Counted from the stretch's first letter, positions 14,330 through 28,369 are shown. The stretch is DNA of 64,000 nt from Octopus sinensis (GCF_006345805.1 NC_043002.1:30070001-30134000); one strand, 5' to 3'. The notes: generated from the sequence alone by a model not told the origin. Program-made: numbers and translations.

Positions 14330-15000
14330 TCCTTGCCGTTCAACAAAGCCTTCGACCGTGTCTGGCGTGCAAATCTTCTCTTCAAACGTCCAACATACGG
14401 TCTCCACCCTCCTCTTAGATCTTGGATCTACAACTTGTATCGGTGGTCTTTCTGCCCCACTTTTACTCGTTCCCTAGAATTCGATCTTGTCTCTCACTTT
14501 CTTCATCCTAAACATCAATGAAACACTTGCCGCCACATCCACCAGTGCTTGCTCGTATTGGTGACACTACCCTTTATTTCTCCCCAATACATCATGCATC
14601 ACCCAGAAGCACACTAGCACCACACACCAAAAACTGCATTTACTCCATTAGTAAATAGATTGAAAACAACCTTCGGTGAGATCATGCCTACCTTGTCTTA
14701 TTTAATTGGAGGATAAAAACTTAAGTAATTTTATTTCAAATAAACACCCTCTCACAAGAATCCCTCTAAATATGAATGGCATTCAGCCAAAACCCCCACA
14801 GTTGTTCCAAATGCTGATCTTCACTATCGGCATTTGGAACAGTTTGAACGGAACTTTCACAGATACAATCTCATCAGTTTTGGAGTAGCTGCAATAGTAA
14901 AGGCGGTAGACCTCCGATCTTATACCTTAACCAATCTTGCAACTTAAAGAGTCGAAGCTAAATGCCGTATTGCGCATGTCTAAACAAGTGATGACTCCTT
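14330..15000 (+). pseudogene. Decayed APE-type LINE reverse transcriptase (CR1/L2/Jockey group)
   Basis: NKAFDRVWRANLLFK...YG...L.SWI resembles SKAFDxVWH..LL.KL..YG. A frameshifted CSY-GDTTLY at about 14550-14580 resembles YADDxTL. The 3' boundary is approximate. Confidence 0.65.
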
Positions 15001-15884
15001 CCATCGATTATTTTTGACTCTATATCTACTCCTGTCCAAAGCGTAGATATGGCTTAATATTGCTCTTTTATGATCAGTCTATCCTGTAGTTTTCCTGCAG
15101 TATTTCCAAAGAGGATATTTATGAACACACACTATTGTTGTTCATTGCAGTATAAACATTGCTGACCAGTTCTATCGTGCTGAACAAGTCATACTGGACA
15201 AAGACCGTTACTGACAGAAATATAGAACATAAAACTGAGAACCTGCCAAAAATAATGGTGGACTGAGAGTCTTGGTACAGTGTGGTGAAACACACCTCAG
15301 CTGTAGTCTTTCTTCTTCTTGAAAATGATGTTATCTAAAGGAAAAGAAAAGAAGGGATTCAGTCGGCTTGGCATCGGTGCCATCGCAAGCAAAGCCAAAG
15401 TGTAAAGAGCCAGGACAAATATATTCACTCAAATGATCCAACAATTCTCGAATTATCGATCCTGGTTTGATAAAAAGTCAAATGAACTGCAATTGGATTT
15501 AAGAAGTCGGACCAAAAACTATAAGGTATTTTGCTCCTTGTTCTGAAGTTTCGTACTATCCTCCGCCTTTACTCTACCACTAATAATCAGTTCTGGTGTT
15601 GACAATATCAAACTTAGTCTGATTTAGAATATATCACTTGAACCATTTACTTTGACGACTTTTTGTTTCTGTATTGACGCAACTAATAGTAATCTCCCTT
15701 TTATAGGTTTCCTCAATTTCTATTTATAATAATATCCATTCACAAAAAATATCTGTGTCCAGTTGTGCAGTCTTACAGACTTACGACCAAAGATTTTCCA
15801 GCCATGATATTTTTACTACTCATATATGCAAAAGTACATTAGAAAATGTGTCCTTCCATTTTTTAAAGGGATTTAAGATATAAT

Positions 15885-16095
15885 TGGTTTCAAATTTTGG
15901 TACATGGCCTGTAAATTCCGGAGACGAGGTAAGTTGATTACACTGAAGCCAATCTTGAACTGGTATTTTTTTTTAGCGGCCCCGGAAGGATGAAAGGTGA
16001 AGCTGACCTTGGTGAAAATTGAACTCAACGTAAAGACGGACAAAATGCCGCTAAGCATTTTACCCAGCGTGCGAACAATTCTATCATCGCGCTGC
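15885..16095 (-). mobile_element. tRNA-derived SINE (family with CCTTTCGGGGTCGATAAA central domain), degenerate
   Basis: Reverse complement resembles 22393-22587 and 36448-36625 (GAGTTCAATTTTCACCAAGGTCAGCTT...CATCCTTCCGGGG). Confidence 0.65.
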
Positions 16096-17365
16096 ATAGC
16101 GTCAAGATTTAATTGGAAATAGATCCGTTTACTACATTTTAATGATCAAATGATTCAATAGCTGTTGGGATAAAATGCTTTTCAGTCACAACCATTCAGT
16201 ATTATTTCAGTATATTTAGTATTACGCAATGTAACTTTAATTACTTCAACAAAAACCAAACAAACAAAAACATTCAGGTATACTTGCTTATTATTTCTAC
16301 CAGGTCAAGCCACCCCATTAAACGCTTGTACGTTCGCTCGAGTGTAAATTATATATATATGTGAGTGGTGCAGGTACGTGAGTTTGTATATGTGTGAGTT
16401 CTTTTTTTTTTGCCCTGAGACGTACAAATTTTACTGTATATGTGTGTCCAAGCATCTCTGTGTATGAGTGTGTGTACATTTCCTGACATGTTAAGGGTAA
16501 ACAAATGAGATACTTCAACCAGAGATCAAATGATAATGATAGAAAAAAAAAACCCTGAAATTATGACCCTTCACCACTCGGTAAAGAGACAATTAAAACG
16601 AAAAAGTACAACATAGAAAAATAAAATGAGCGAACAGAAACATAAAAAGAAATAAGAAGGAGAGAAGAAAAGAAAGAAAGAAACGAGGAGACGTCACTCC
16701 ACAAAATTTCACTACTACAGTAAGGAGATTTAAGTGAACCCTTTCCTAGCATTAACCCCCAACATCTAAACAATCACCGCTTATTGGTCCCCATTTTCAC
16801 CCGTCACAACCTAAGCACACGATACCATAACTATAGCACGTCGTTCTTTTTGCGTATGTAAAAAGTAAAGCGGTTTAGTGATGGAGTAAAATGAAAAAGA
16901 AAAGTGGGGGTGAAGGATGGTTTGGAGAAATGAATTATTTAGACGATGGTTGAATATAAAATAAATAAATAAACAAAAAGCATTAAAAAATAAATAAATG
17001 AAATTCAGGGTTGCAAAGGTCGGGTGTTAAAGCAACATTGTAGAAACAATGGGCTAATATAAAACCGTGTCGTGTAAACTGTAAACTGATGGACGACGTC
17101 GCATTTAATATCTTCCGGTCGAGAACGTCCGGTTAACAAGCAACTATCTTAGGTGGATGGTTGGTAGGCCGGTTGGTTAGGGTATTAGTGGATGGGTGGA
17201 GGGATAAATTTGGTTGGTCGGGTAAATGGGTAGGTCGAGGGATAGTTGAATATGGAGGTATAAACAGCGGTAGAGAGTTTAACATGAAACTATGCTTTTG
17301 AAGAATTCCCCCTTGGGAGTTGTTAATAGATGAAAGCGCGCTAACTTGTCCAATTTCACACATGC

Positions 17366-17411
<46 letters not shown>

Positions 17412-17552
17412 ACACATACTTATATACATCTTCAGATATTTGAAGATTTGTGCTTATATGTTCATATACAAATATATATATGTATGTTTACGTAGATGCT
17501 TCTGCGTACATACATGTGTGTGTGTGTGTCTGTGTGTGTACATATTCATATT

Positions 17553-17592
<40 letters not shown>

Positions 17593-17854
17593 CATATATG
17601 CATACATATATACGTGTGTATATATCTAGGTATGCATATGTGTATAAGTGTATGTGTGTATACGCATGCACGCATGCATACTCGCATACACATAGGTACA
17701 AATAAATATGTTGGAAGCAAGATGTCTGTGAGGAATTTTATTAGAGACTACATTGTGAATGCTAGTCTTAAACATGCGCGAATATATTCTGGGATACCAG
17801 TAAATTCTTGTGTCCGTGTACAGTAAACTACATCCCTCCTGAAGCCCTTATGAA

Positions 17855-17893
<39 letters not shown>

Positions 17894-17894
17894 T

Positions 17895-18840
17895 TGTTTT
17901 TGACATCCCTTTCTTATCATACCAAGAGCACCCATAATAACAGGAGCAGTTCTCGCTTTAAAATGCCACATCTTTTTTTATATTTTAATTTCCAGGTCCT
18001 TACATTTACTTAATTCGTCAAATTCTTTTTTAGATATATTTTAATCAGTGGGAAGATCTATTAGTCTACAAGTATTTTCTCCCTTGTCTTTAATGACTAT
18101 GCTTGGTCGGTTTGCCTGGATCTTTCTCTTGCTGTTGACTGGAAAAACTCAGAGGATAGTGACAGTTTTTCCTTCTACGACTGGCTCAGGATGATGTCCA
18201 TACCAGTAAGCAGGATTGCTGATTTTGTAGTGTTTACCTATTTTCCAATGTAAATACTTTCTGTCCTACCCTATCCTGGCTATTTTTATATTCGTTTGAT
18301 ATCAGCACAGGACAACTCGAGGCGAAATGGTTTATTGTTTCATAAAATTTATCGCAGGATCTGTATTTCTGGTCAGAACCGTTTTGAAAAACGTTAGCCT
18401 GATAGTTTTTGTAAGCAAGCTTTGATCTTGTGCTGCCAATATGAAACCTCCAGTCTCTACTGAACTTTTCAGCCACTGATGGTTTGTTGCTTGGCCTACA
18501 TCAGCATTTCGGTTCCGAAGTATTTACTGTCTTTGCAGAGGCTTCCGGCCCCAACGCTCCTCAATTCATTTCTGTCCGTTCTTTTTACAGTGTGTTTCGT
18601 CAGTGTTGCTCGTTTGGCGTCAGTGGTTTCAGGTTCTTAATCTAATTCGTGTTGATACCGAGTTCCCTTGCGAATTAGCAAACTTCATTGACAAAAGAAT
18701 ATGATTTTTTTTACTGCTTTCGTATTTGCACAAAGCCGCAGCACCCAGTCTTCTGTAGTAGATAACTACTTGTCCAGTGCTATTGTGGTGGTCTTGTAGC
18801 ACAGTTGTACCAGCATAGGTATTTATAGCTTTCTTCTATT
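17895..18840 (-). pseudogene. Dong/R4-like LINE fragment: RT thumb, CCHC zinc knuckle, RLE
   Basis: Frameshifted translation: GFILAAQDQSL.TKNYQANV..NGSDQKYRSCDKFYETINHFASSCPVL..EYK..DRVGQ..HWKI.KHY...WY.HHPEPVVEG...IQANRPSIVIKDK...PVIMGALGMI. Cut by (CT)n near 17890. Confidence 0.85.
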
Positions 18841-19124
18841 ATCATTATTTTCTGTATGTCACAAGTTTGTTGGACCTCCTGGAGTCTTGCATGCGTAGCG
18901 GCTTACCACCTGCATCCTACCGTACCATGATATTCGTTCCTTTCAGCTATCTAATACTTTCCGGATTGTTCTGTCCGTGCCAAGGAAGCAAACATTCTGT
19001 AACAGTTCTCCTGGGCACTTTCTTCCAATTTCCTTTGTATTCCTCTTGATGTCTTCTGATACTGTTCCCAAGGACCCAACAATATTTGGCACTATCCTCC
19101 CTTACTTCAATTTCCGTAACCGGG
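18836..19124 (-). pseudogene. 5'-truncated 3' end of a second Dong/R4-like LINE (last codons plus 3' UTR)
   Basis: Encodes ...IVPNIVGSLGTVSEDIKRNTKEIG....ELLQNVCFLGTDRTIRKVLDS*. The 3' UTR ends in AATAATGATAAT. Confidence 0.75.
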
Positions 19125-19414
<290 letters not shown>

Positions 19415-19949
19415 TTTATTATTTTATTGCAGTAGTTGTTATTGCATTTTTATTGCTATTCGTATAAAGCGGTTTTCTCATTATATTGGAGTCAAATAAC
19501 TTTTAATTTTCAACAGTAGGGAAGTATTTTATTAAACTCTTTCTCTCATCTAAATCTTTGGCACCATCGTTTGAAGTGTTTATAATATATCTATTGTGCA
19601 AGTATATCTACGTGCGTATATCTGTGTATATGCATGTGTATATGTGTGTATGCGTTGTGTGTGTGTGTGCGTGTATGTGTCGGTGTGTGTATCTCTGTGT
19701 TCGTGAAGGTTGTTTGCACATCTCTGTGCGTCATATTTTACATAATGAATAAAGAGAATGACGCTAACCCGTAGGTATGCATTTGTATATACATATATAT
19801 TTATACATACACATGTACATATATATACACATACATATATATATACACACATACATATCAATATACGTATTTATATATATATGTGTGTGTGTGTGTATGT
19901 ATGTATATATGTATATACATGCATATATATTAATATATACATATATATA

Positions 19950-19999
<50 letters not shown>

Positions 20000-20151
20000 A
20001 TATAATATATATATATAAAGAATTAATACGCACACATACCCACACATATATACACACATATATATACACACACAGATGTACATATATATAATATATATAT
20101 AAGTATATAAGTATAAGTATATAAAGTATAAGTAGATATATAAATATATAT

Positions 20152-20183
<32 letters not shown>

Positions 20184-20191
20184 AGTGTGTT

Positions 20192-20340
<149 letters not shown>

Positions 20341-22027
20341 GTAGATAGATAAGTAGATATACCCATACTTACATATGCGTACAGACATATATACAAATAT
20401 CTATAAACACACACACACAAGGACATAGAAGCATATATGTACATATGTGTGTGTGTGCGCGTTTGCCTAACTGTGCTTTTGAGTGTGCTGGGTTTTATGT
20501 CTGGTCTGTATATCTATATAACATTCAGTGTGTGCATGTATGTGTAGATAATTTGTTTATTTATTTATTCTTTTATTTGTTAATTATTATTCGTTAATTA
20601 TTATCTTTAAAGTGTATTGGGAGCTGTTCAAACTATCTTCATGCAAATTACATATACAAGTGTTTACTTGATATATATATATGTGTGTGTGTGTGAGAGT
20701 GTGTGTATGCTTATATACATATGTATATATGCATATATAATCTGTGTGTGTGTATATATATATATATAAATACACACGTTACTTATATATATATATATGT
20801 ATATATACATATATATGTATATATATATACACACACACATATATATATATATAATATATATATATATATTATATATATATAATATATATATATATATATA
20901 CACATATATATATATATATAAGTAACGTGTGTATTTTTTGGCTTATCTGTATTTGTATGTAGAGTGTGCAGGTGTATACAGGTGTGTGTCTATGTATATC
21001 AAATATATTTTGATATTTTCAGATAATCTTAATTACACAGAATTGATCGGAATACACATCGAAATAAACACACACACACACGCATATATATGTTCGCAGT
21101 ATACATGCAAACACGCTTATATATACAAACATACACACACACGAATGTTTACCAACATAGATATATATCATTTGTATATTATTTGCATGTGTATACATAT
21201 ATCTATGCATCCATCGTCTACTATAATTTTATAAATACATAAACTTACAAACAATACACTCACATACACACACTCACAGACACATATGTATATATGTGTG
21301 TATGCTAATATATTTATTTATACATATATATTGCGTATGTATATATATATATATATATGAATGCATGTATATTTTTGTGTGTGTGAGTGTTTGTTTATGC
21401 AATGAGATTGGAGGAGACAGTTTCTATAGCCTCATATCAGTGTTCTTGTAAAGATAAATAATGAAATGTTTCCTAAATACCTTTTAAAAAAAAGCCATCC
21501 TCGGCAATCAATTTCAAATATATATGAATGCGTATATGAGAGAGAGGGAGGGGGATAGATAAATAGATAGATAGACAGAGATAGAAGCAGAGAGAGAGAG
21601 TGTGTGTGTGTGTATGTGTGTATGTGTACAGGAAAACTTTGTAAGATTGAAAACAATAAGTTAAACAACACAAGAACAATATTAATTAAGCAACAACAAC
21701 AGCATCAACAATAGTAATATAAGTATAATAGGAACGAGATTAAACTGTCGTAAGCGAAGGAAAATATACTGAAGATTACAAATGGGATGAAAAATTGTGT
21801 TTGAATTTGAAAAAGATAAACAACAGGAATAAAATGCATGTGTGTATGCACACACACAACCACACACACACAGATCTACATATATGCATATAAACATGCA
21901 TACATATGTACACACAGACATATATACTTAGATACGCACACACATACATACATATACATACATACATAGATGCACGCATGCATGTACACACAGATATATA
22001 TATATACATAAATATATATTTTTTTTA

Positions 22028-22291
22028 TGCGCCGTTTTCAAGCCTAGCGAGATTCATGGGTCCGGTTTACCGGTTTTGTGGCGTATGTGTTCCACTCCCA
22101 CCCCAGCTGGACGGGTCGCCAGTCAATCGCCGCATTACTCAAGAAAGAGGAAGAGAGAGTGAGAAAAAGTCGGGTTGAAAAGGTACAACAAGGGTTTGTA
22201 CCCATACACACATACAACGCCCGGTCTGGGAATCGAAACTGCGATCCTCCGACCGCGTGTCCGTTGCCCTAACGTCTGGGCCATTGCGCCT
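22028..22291 (-). mobile_element. tRNA-derived SINE
   Basis: Minus-strand head AGGCGCAATGGCCCAGACGTTAGGG...GGATCGCAGTTTCGATTCCCAGACCGGGCG. Same head family as 40868-41153. Confidence 0.7.
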
Positions 22292-22392
22292 TTAAATATA
22301 TATTTAATCACATTAATATATACAATAGTTATTATATTGCAAATTTACTCCATGTTACAACGCAGAATCACGTTACTTTTGCAGATCATATA

Positions 22393-22587
22393 AGGCGGTG
22401 AAATGGTAGAAAGGTTAGCACGCCGGGCGAAATTCTTAGCGGTATTTCATCTGTCTTTACGTCTTGAGTTCAAATTCCGCCGAGCTCGACTTTGTCTTTC
22501 ATCCTTTCGGGGTCCGATAAATTAAGTACCAGTTGCGTACTGGGGCGATCAAGTCGACAGGCCTCCGCCCCCAAAATTTCGGGCCTT
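22393..22587 (+). mobile_element. tRNA-derived SINE
   Basis: GGCGGTGAAATGGTAGAA A-box, GAGTTCAAATTCC B-box, CATCCTTTCGGGGTCCGATAAATTAAGTACCAG central domain. Confidence 0.8.
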
Positions 22588-23021
22588 AACCATAATGTAA
22601 ACATTTAGCACAGTACTATGTATTGGGTACTTTCCCCTCTTGTTTCTAAAAAGTAACGTACTTATATTTGCTGATGTACATACACATACGACACATTTGC
22701 CATTATATATATACGGGATGCGATGCTGAAAAGCCCCTGCCATTCAATGTTTCACGAAGGGCTTGTTTGGAGGACCAACCTTTCTAGTTCTTTTACAGCG
22801 TTTACGAAAACTGAAGGACACTGCAATATGTGTGTGAATATTAGAGGGGCATATGAGTGTGAAACTTATAGCAGCATACTGATCCTCCTCTATTATCTTG
22901 TACCCAAAGCCAGGAAAATTTCACCACCCTCGTATATGTGTGTATATATATATTTATTTCTATATGTGTATGTGTACGTGTATATGTATTTACATATACA
23001 TACATATATATATACATTTAT

Positions 23022-23026
23022 ATCTA

Positions 23027-23094
<68 letters not shown>

Positions 23095-23095
23095 G

Positions 23096-23170
<75 letters not shown>
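23022..23170. repeat. (ATCT)n tetranucleotide microsatellite
   Basis: Directly visible. Similar GATA-type arrays lie at about 20270-20350, 45470-45550 and 54545-54670. Confidence 0.95.
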
Positions 23171-23410
23171 CACACACATACATACACATACTCACACACT
23201 CACACATACTAGGTAAAACACAAACAAACACTTGAAAAGGAAAAATCCGTGATCCCACGAGCAATCTTTCGATTTTGGCATCGAATGCGTTTATTGGCCC
23301 AATATTCTACAAGTTGTTATTTATAGCTTTATCTACTTCGAGTTTCACTGTTAAAATAAAAGAATAATCTACTTCAGATCTCTCGAATTTCTGAAATTCA
23401 TTAAATGTAA

Positions 23411-23473
<63 letters not shown>

Positions 23474-23705
23474 GACTGTAGATATCCATGTGTGTGGCGC
23501 GCGCATGTGTGTGTCTATTATCTTCATATATGCCAGTTATCTATGTTATTATACATAAGTAAAAATCAATAAAAGTGGGGCCACTTGAGAAGAATGGAGC
23601 AGCCTAATTGTCTGTGTGGCAGAGAAATTAATCAATTCATGAGGTGAATAATCTGAGTGGCATAGTTATAAAATGGCAACGTGGAAAGATAACTGAGTGT
23701 GCGTG

Positions 23706-23742
<37 letters not shown>

Positions 23743-23860
23743 ACATGTGTGAATGTATGTATGTATATATGTATGTTGAATTTGTTGAGTAGTCATAATT
23801 AACTGATCCTCCTGTATGTTGTTTTATTCAAAGCCAGGAACATTTCAGCACCCCTCGTGT

Positions 23861-23893
<33 letters not shown>

Positions 23894-24063
23894 CGTATAA
23901 AAGAAATCATCAGAAATTTCTTTTGAATGAAACAGTTCTAGTCCTATATATACGTATATATACATATATGTATATACAGCATATATATGTATACTTACAT
24001 ATATGCATATACATACATATATATATATTTATAGCTGCATATATCTATGCACACACACACACC

Positions 24064-24100
<37 letters not shown>

Positions 24101-24576
24101 ATCTCCATATACCTGTGCATGTAGGTAAACGTAAATTATAAGTCTATGTTTATCCGTGTTTGTGTGAAAATGTTGAACCGTCACTATAAATATTTATTGA
24201 TACAAAATTTCCACGCGAATATGAGATTATGTGTATTTGTATTTGTGTTTAGGTCTGTGCGTGTATGTGCGTATATTTTTGTATCTGTAGTAAATGATGA
24301 ACACGCCATAAATAAAAAGAAGCATTTTCTGATGGTGAGATTATATATTTAATAAAGTAATATTTGCTGATAATATTTACCTGACTAATACTTCGATGTT
24401 TCGCCTTTAATGGGTTTATCACGATCAAGAAGCCGCAATAAGTGCAACCTGAACGCTTGTCACATCAACATGTGTCTGTAAATCAGTGTTCATATGTGAG
24501 GGGTGAGGCCATGTGTGTGCTTTCAATTTTCATTTAAGAGATTACCTTTCATTTAAGAGATTGCCATATACCCACG

Positions 24577-24830
24577 GGCATATGGCGTAATGGTTAAGAG
24601 TGCGGGCTACTAACCCCAAGTTTCCGAGTTCGATTCCAAGCAGTGACCTGAACAGTGACAACAACAACGACTACAACAACGACAATAATAATAATAATAA
24701 TAACATCAGAAATACCTTAGGAATGAGAACCCAGGTTCGAAATTTCCCCAAGACACCTGAATAAGGCTGGAGGGTATATCAGCTGAAACGTTGTGTTAAC
24801 AACAGAAAAGAAGAGGAGAATGTAAATAAT
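24577..24830 (+). mobile_element. tRNA-headed SINE with hammerhead-type 3' tail
   Basis: A-box TGGCGTAATGG, B-box GAGTTCGATTCC, (AAC/AAT)n linker, then a tail containing the HHR motif. TAAGAGATT(A/G)CC occurs on both sides (24554-24565 and 24834-24845). Confidence 0.75.
24752..24797 (+). ncRNA. Degenerate minimal type I hammerhead motif (family B)
   Basis: GACAC-CUGAAUA-A-GGCUG(GAGGGUAUAU)CAGCU-GAAA-CGUU-GUGUU. It has a 5-bp stem I, a 5-bp stem II and a palindromic AACGUU. The core reads CUGAAUA instead of CUGANGA, so this copy is probably inactive. Confidence 0.55.
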
Positions 24831-25284
24831 GTATAAGAGATTACCCTCCCTTAAATGAAAATAGGGGATAAGCTGGCATCGTAAGAATTAGTATATCAAC
24901 AACGATAATTATTATATTTTGAACTCCCATGCCAGTCTTTATAGTACATTTTCGCTTGGTTTGGTGCTCCAGCATGACCGCTGCCGCATGGCTGAACGAA
25001 TAAATAAATAAATAGTTCAAAGGGCGATAAGCATGATTTGCATTGAATTATCAGGTGCTATGACAGCCATTTTCCGGACATATAACAAGGTCTTTTGTCG
25101 CTGCTGTTTAGCTGGGTAGTGGCTAAAATTTGTGAAGGATTCACTCCAACATTTTTATTCTGTTCATTCTGCCGATAGAGAAATATTCTCGGGGTTTTTC
25201 ACAGCATGATAGAACCTTTAATCTATTTATAATTCTATGAAATTCAATAACTCTATAAGATCCTCGACTCGGCTGGTATCTTGT

Positions 25285-25560
25285 CAGAAATAGAGCCGGT
25301 AGGTCTTGACTGCAGGGATGGTAAGCGCCCCGACAGAATAATCCTCCTCCCATACTAAGGAGATAAATCCCTAATCTGGGTTGCGATGTGCTGCTCAGGC
25401 ACTAACCTTGCTGCCTCGGCTGCAAACCCAGGTATGGCAGCCGGTGAAGCTAAGGAAAGAAAAATAAACGAATGCAGGAGTCTGAATTGAGCCCACGAGG
25501 TGTTGAGTTTCTTGAAGCTAGTGTCGCTGGCCATTCTCCGCGGCTACGCCTTTGCAATTA
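25285..25560 (+). pseudogene. 3' RLE fragment of a CRE-like non-LTR retrotransposon
   Basis: Frameshifted DGKRPDRIILLPY.GDKSLIW...AANPGMAAGEAKERK...LVSLAILRGYAFAI resembles the DGKRPDG...KSLIWD...AA..A...K...QRISIAI.RGNA motif. Confidence 0.6.
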
Positions 25561-26785
25561 TTTCTTCGAGGCGCAACTGGTCACGCCATTTAGTCTGGGG
25601 GTTGTAGAAGCTGTTTCTCCCTCTCTTCTGCTGCTTAATTCTACCCCCTTTTCGCTTACTTTGTTCCCTTGGCGCGGTAGTTCTGCTTATCTTTATTTTT
25701 CTCGGTAATACCATCTTTTTTACTTTTAATGCAAAAATATGTTGCTAAATAATAAGTTCATGGGGATATTTAGAATTTCCTGTGTATTTCTGTTCGCGAA
25801 TTGAAACCTGTATCTTTGGAAACAAAATGACACATGAGCGATTCTTAGTCACATAATACTAATAATACAAATTACATAATCAAAACGTAGTATAAAATCG
25901 CTAGTGCAACGATAGACTATCACTCCTCACCCGGCTCATAAATTGTCTCACTCACTCAGCTCCTTCTCCTTTACAGAATGACTGCCCAAGCTTATGGTAT
26001 TAGACTATCAGGACATACGTTTATTCGAAAAGGCACTTATTTACTTCGTCTAGCAGTACAGCTTTATCTGCAGATCTGTATGTTAAAAACTTTCAATTAT
26101 ATGATATTATCCATGCAGCTGGTGCACAAAAGCACAATTTAATGGTGTTGAAAATACTAAAAACAAAACATGTAAACGAGATAACTCCACTGATATCAGA
26201 CAACTGAAATGATAGAAAATAAAGGTAATGACTTTATAGGCAACTGGTAAAAGTAACACGCGTGTTTCCACCTTATTAAACCACATGAGCGAAGTATATT
26301 CTTTAATTTTGGTAACACTTGAAATCGAATAGTACATAGATGCATATATACATACATGTATGTACGTACGTATGTATGTATGTATGTATGTATGTATGTA
26401 TGTATGTATGTATGTATGTATGTATGTATGTATGTATGAATGTATGTATGTATGTATCTATGTATGTATATAGTAGTAGGTAGGTAGGTAGGTAGGTAGG
26501 TAGGTAGGTAGGTATAACACTTATTTCTGTCCATCTTTGCCGTAATTGAAAGAGATGTATTCCTACGATCATAACATTTGGCGGGATTAGACATTTTAAT
26601 CTGAAATTAAGGAATTATAAAGAAAATTATGTGTTGAGCTCGCGTTTCATTTTTTACTTCTTTAGCTATTACGAAGTTCAAAGAATGTATATACTTACAC
26701 ACACAAAACACGTACATATATTGATAGATAGATATGTAAGCATATGTGTGTGAGTGTATGTTAACGTATGTAGATGTTTTGGATG

Positions 26786-27599
26786 TATTGAGTCATCCCA
26801 TAAATAATGTGGATTTTTTATAATTCTTTTATTTTTCAAGATTAAGATAAAGTTCTTTTAATCTAAAATATACGCTCCTTCATTTTCTACAATGCTCATC
26901 CATCTATCTGATAGACTTGCAAGGTCCCTCTTACAAAATTTACTTGTCCGTGACGAAAAATACCTCGTCTAAAAAGTATGTATTTTTTCCGTTCAAATGA
27001 TTTTGAAGACTGGAATAAATTATAATTAGACGGAGCAAGGTCCGGCGAATATGGTGGGTGGGACATCGCTTCTCATTCAAACTGCTCCAGGCTTATGGAG
27101 AACACCTTTCGACATGAAACCAAAGATGGGCGTTTTTCTTTTAGCGTTGACTTAAGCTGCTCAAGCTATTTGCAGTAGATTTTTTTTATCGTTTGGTTTG
27201 GGTTTAGAAGTTCAAAATGGACTAAACATTTCATATCCCACCAGAGATAATAACACCTTACGTGGGTGAAGACATTCTTTACTCTGGGCTGCCGGTGTTA
27301 CTTTTTTCCGTACCCAATGTCTTCAGCGATTGACATTTTCATAGAGAACCCATTTCTCGCCACCAGTCACCGTTCGGTCCAATAAAGGTTCATTCGTGAG
27401 ACTTTACTGCAAAGAAGAACACACATTCATTCTCTGCGCACGATTAAACTCGGAAAGCTGTGTAATTATATCAGATAGATGGAAGAGCATTGTAGAAAAT
27501 AAAGGAGAGTATATATAAAATTATGAAAAAGGAATCTATCTTTATCTTGAAACTTAAAAGAAGCATTAAAAAACCGAATTATTATTGGATGATCCTATA
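26786..27599 (-). mobile_element. Mariner-derived element with about 130-bp inverted repeats made from the transposon 3' end
   Basis: The interior (26915-27468) encodes mariner motifs on minus (VTGGEKMVLYENV, LHPRKVLLS, HPPYSPDLAPSNYNLF). 26786-26913 and 27469-27599 are imperfect reverse complements, each encoding DRW.SIVEN.G.YI*. Confidence 0.85.
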
Positions 27600-27604
27600 T
27601 ATAA

Positions 27605-27656
<52 letters not shown>

Positions 27657-27661
27657 TAATC

Positions 27662-27973
27662 TTTTACTCTTTTTACTTTTTTACTTGTTTCAGTCATGTG
27701 ACTGTGGCCATGCTGGAGCACCGCCTTTAGTCGAGCAAATCGACCCCAGGACTTATTCTTTGTAAGCCTAGTACTTATTCTATTGGTCCCTTTTGCCGAG
27801 CCGCTGAGTTACGGGGACGTAAACACACCGGCATCGGTTGTCAGGCGATGTTGGGGTGACAAACACACACACAAACATATACATACATATATACGACAGG
27901 CTTCTTTCAGTTTCCATCTACCAAATCCGCTCACAAGGCTTTGGTCAGCCCGAGGCTATGGTAGAAGACACTT
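27662..27973 (-). mobile_element. Abundant octopus-type SINE (5' head truncated)
   Basis: TTTTACTTGTTTCAGTCA...GCCATGCTGGAGCACCGCC...GACCCCAGGACTTATTCTTTGTAAGCC. Same family as 31034 and 47994. Confidence 0.85.
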
Positions 27974-28336
27974 ATATATATATATTATATATATATGTAT
28001 GTATGTATGTATCTATATCTACTCATATATACGTATAGACACACATATATATTGCTAATAATTATGAAATATGTAATTTTAAATATGGAAACTTATTCAG
28101 CCTCAAGATTTATTTATTTTTATTTTATAATTTGGTATTAATTTTATGGTTGTTAGAACCTATACATGGTACCACAACACAAAGTACATACCCCTGTTGC
28201 ATACCCCTCTAGACTCACACTATATGAATATGTATGTTATATATTCTGTCGAAAACTTTTTAATAAAAAAGTTTTGGGCTTGAATAAATCTCCTCTCATC
28301 TGTAGGTTTTCAATCATGTATATATGTACATACGAC

Positions 28337-28369
<33 letters not shown>

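Noticed and set aside
24577-24650. Functional tRNA genes at SINE heads
   Set aside because: A and B boxes are present, but there is no complete cloverleaf and they continue into SINE bodies.
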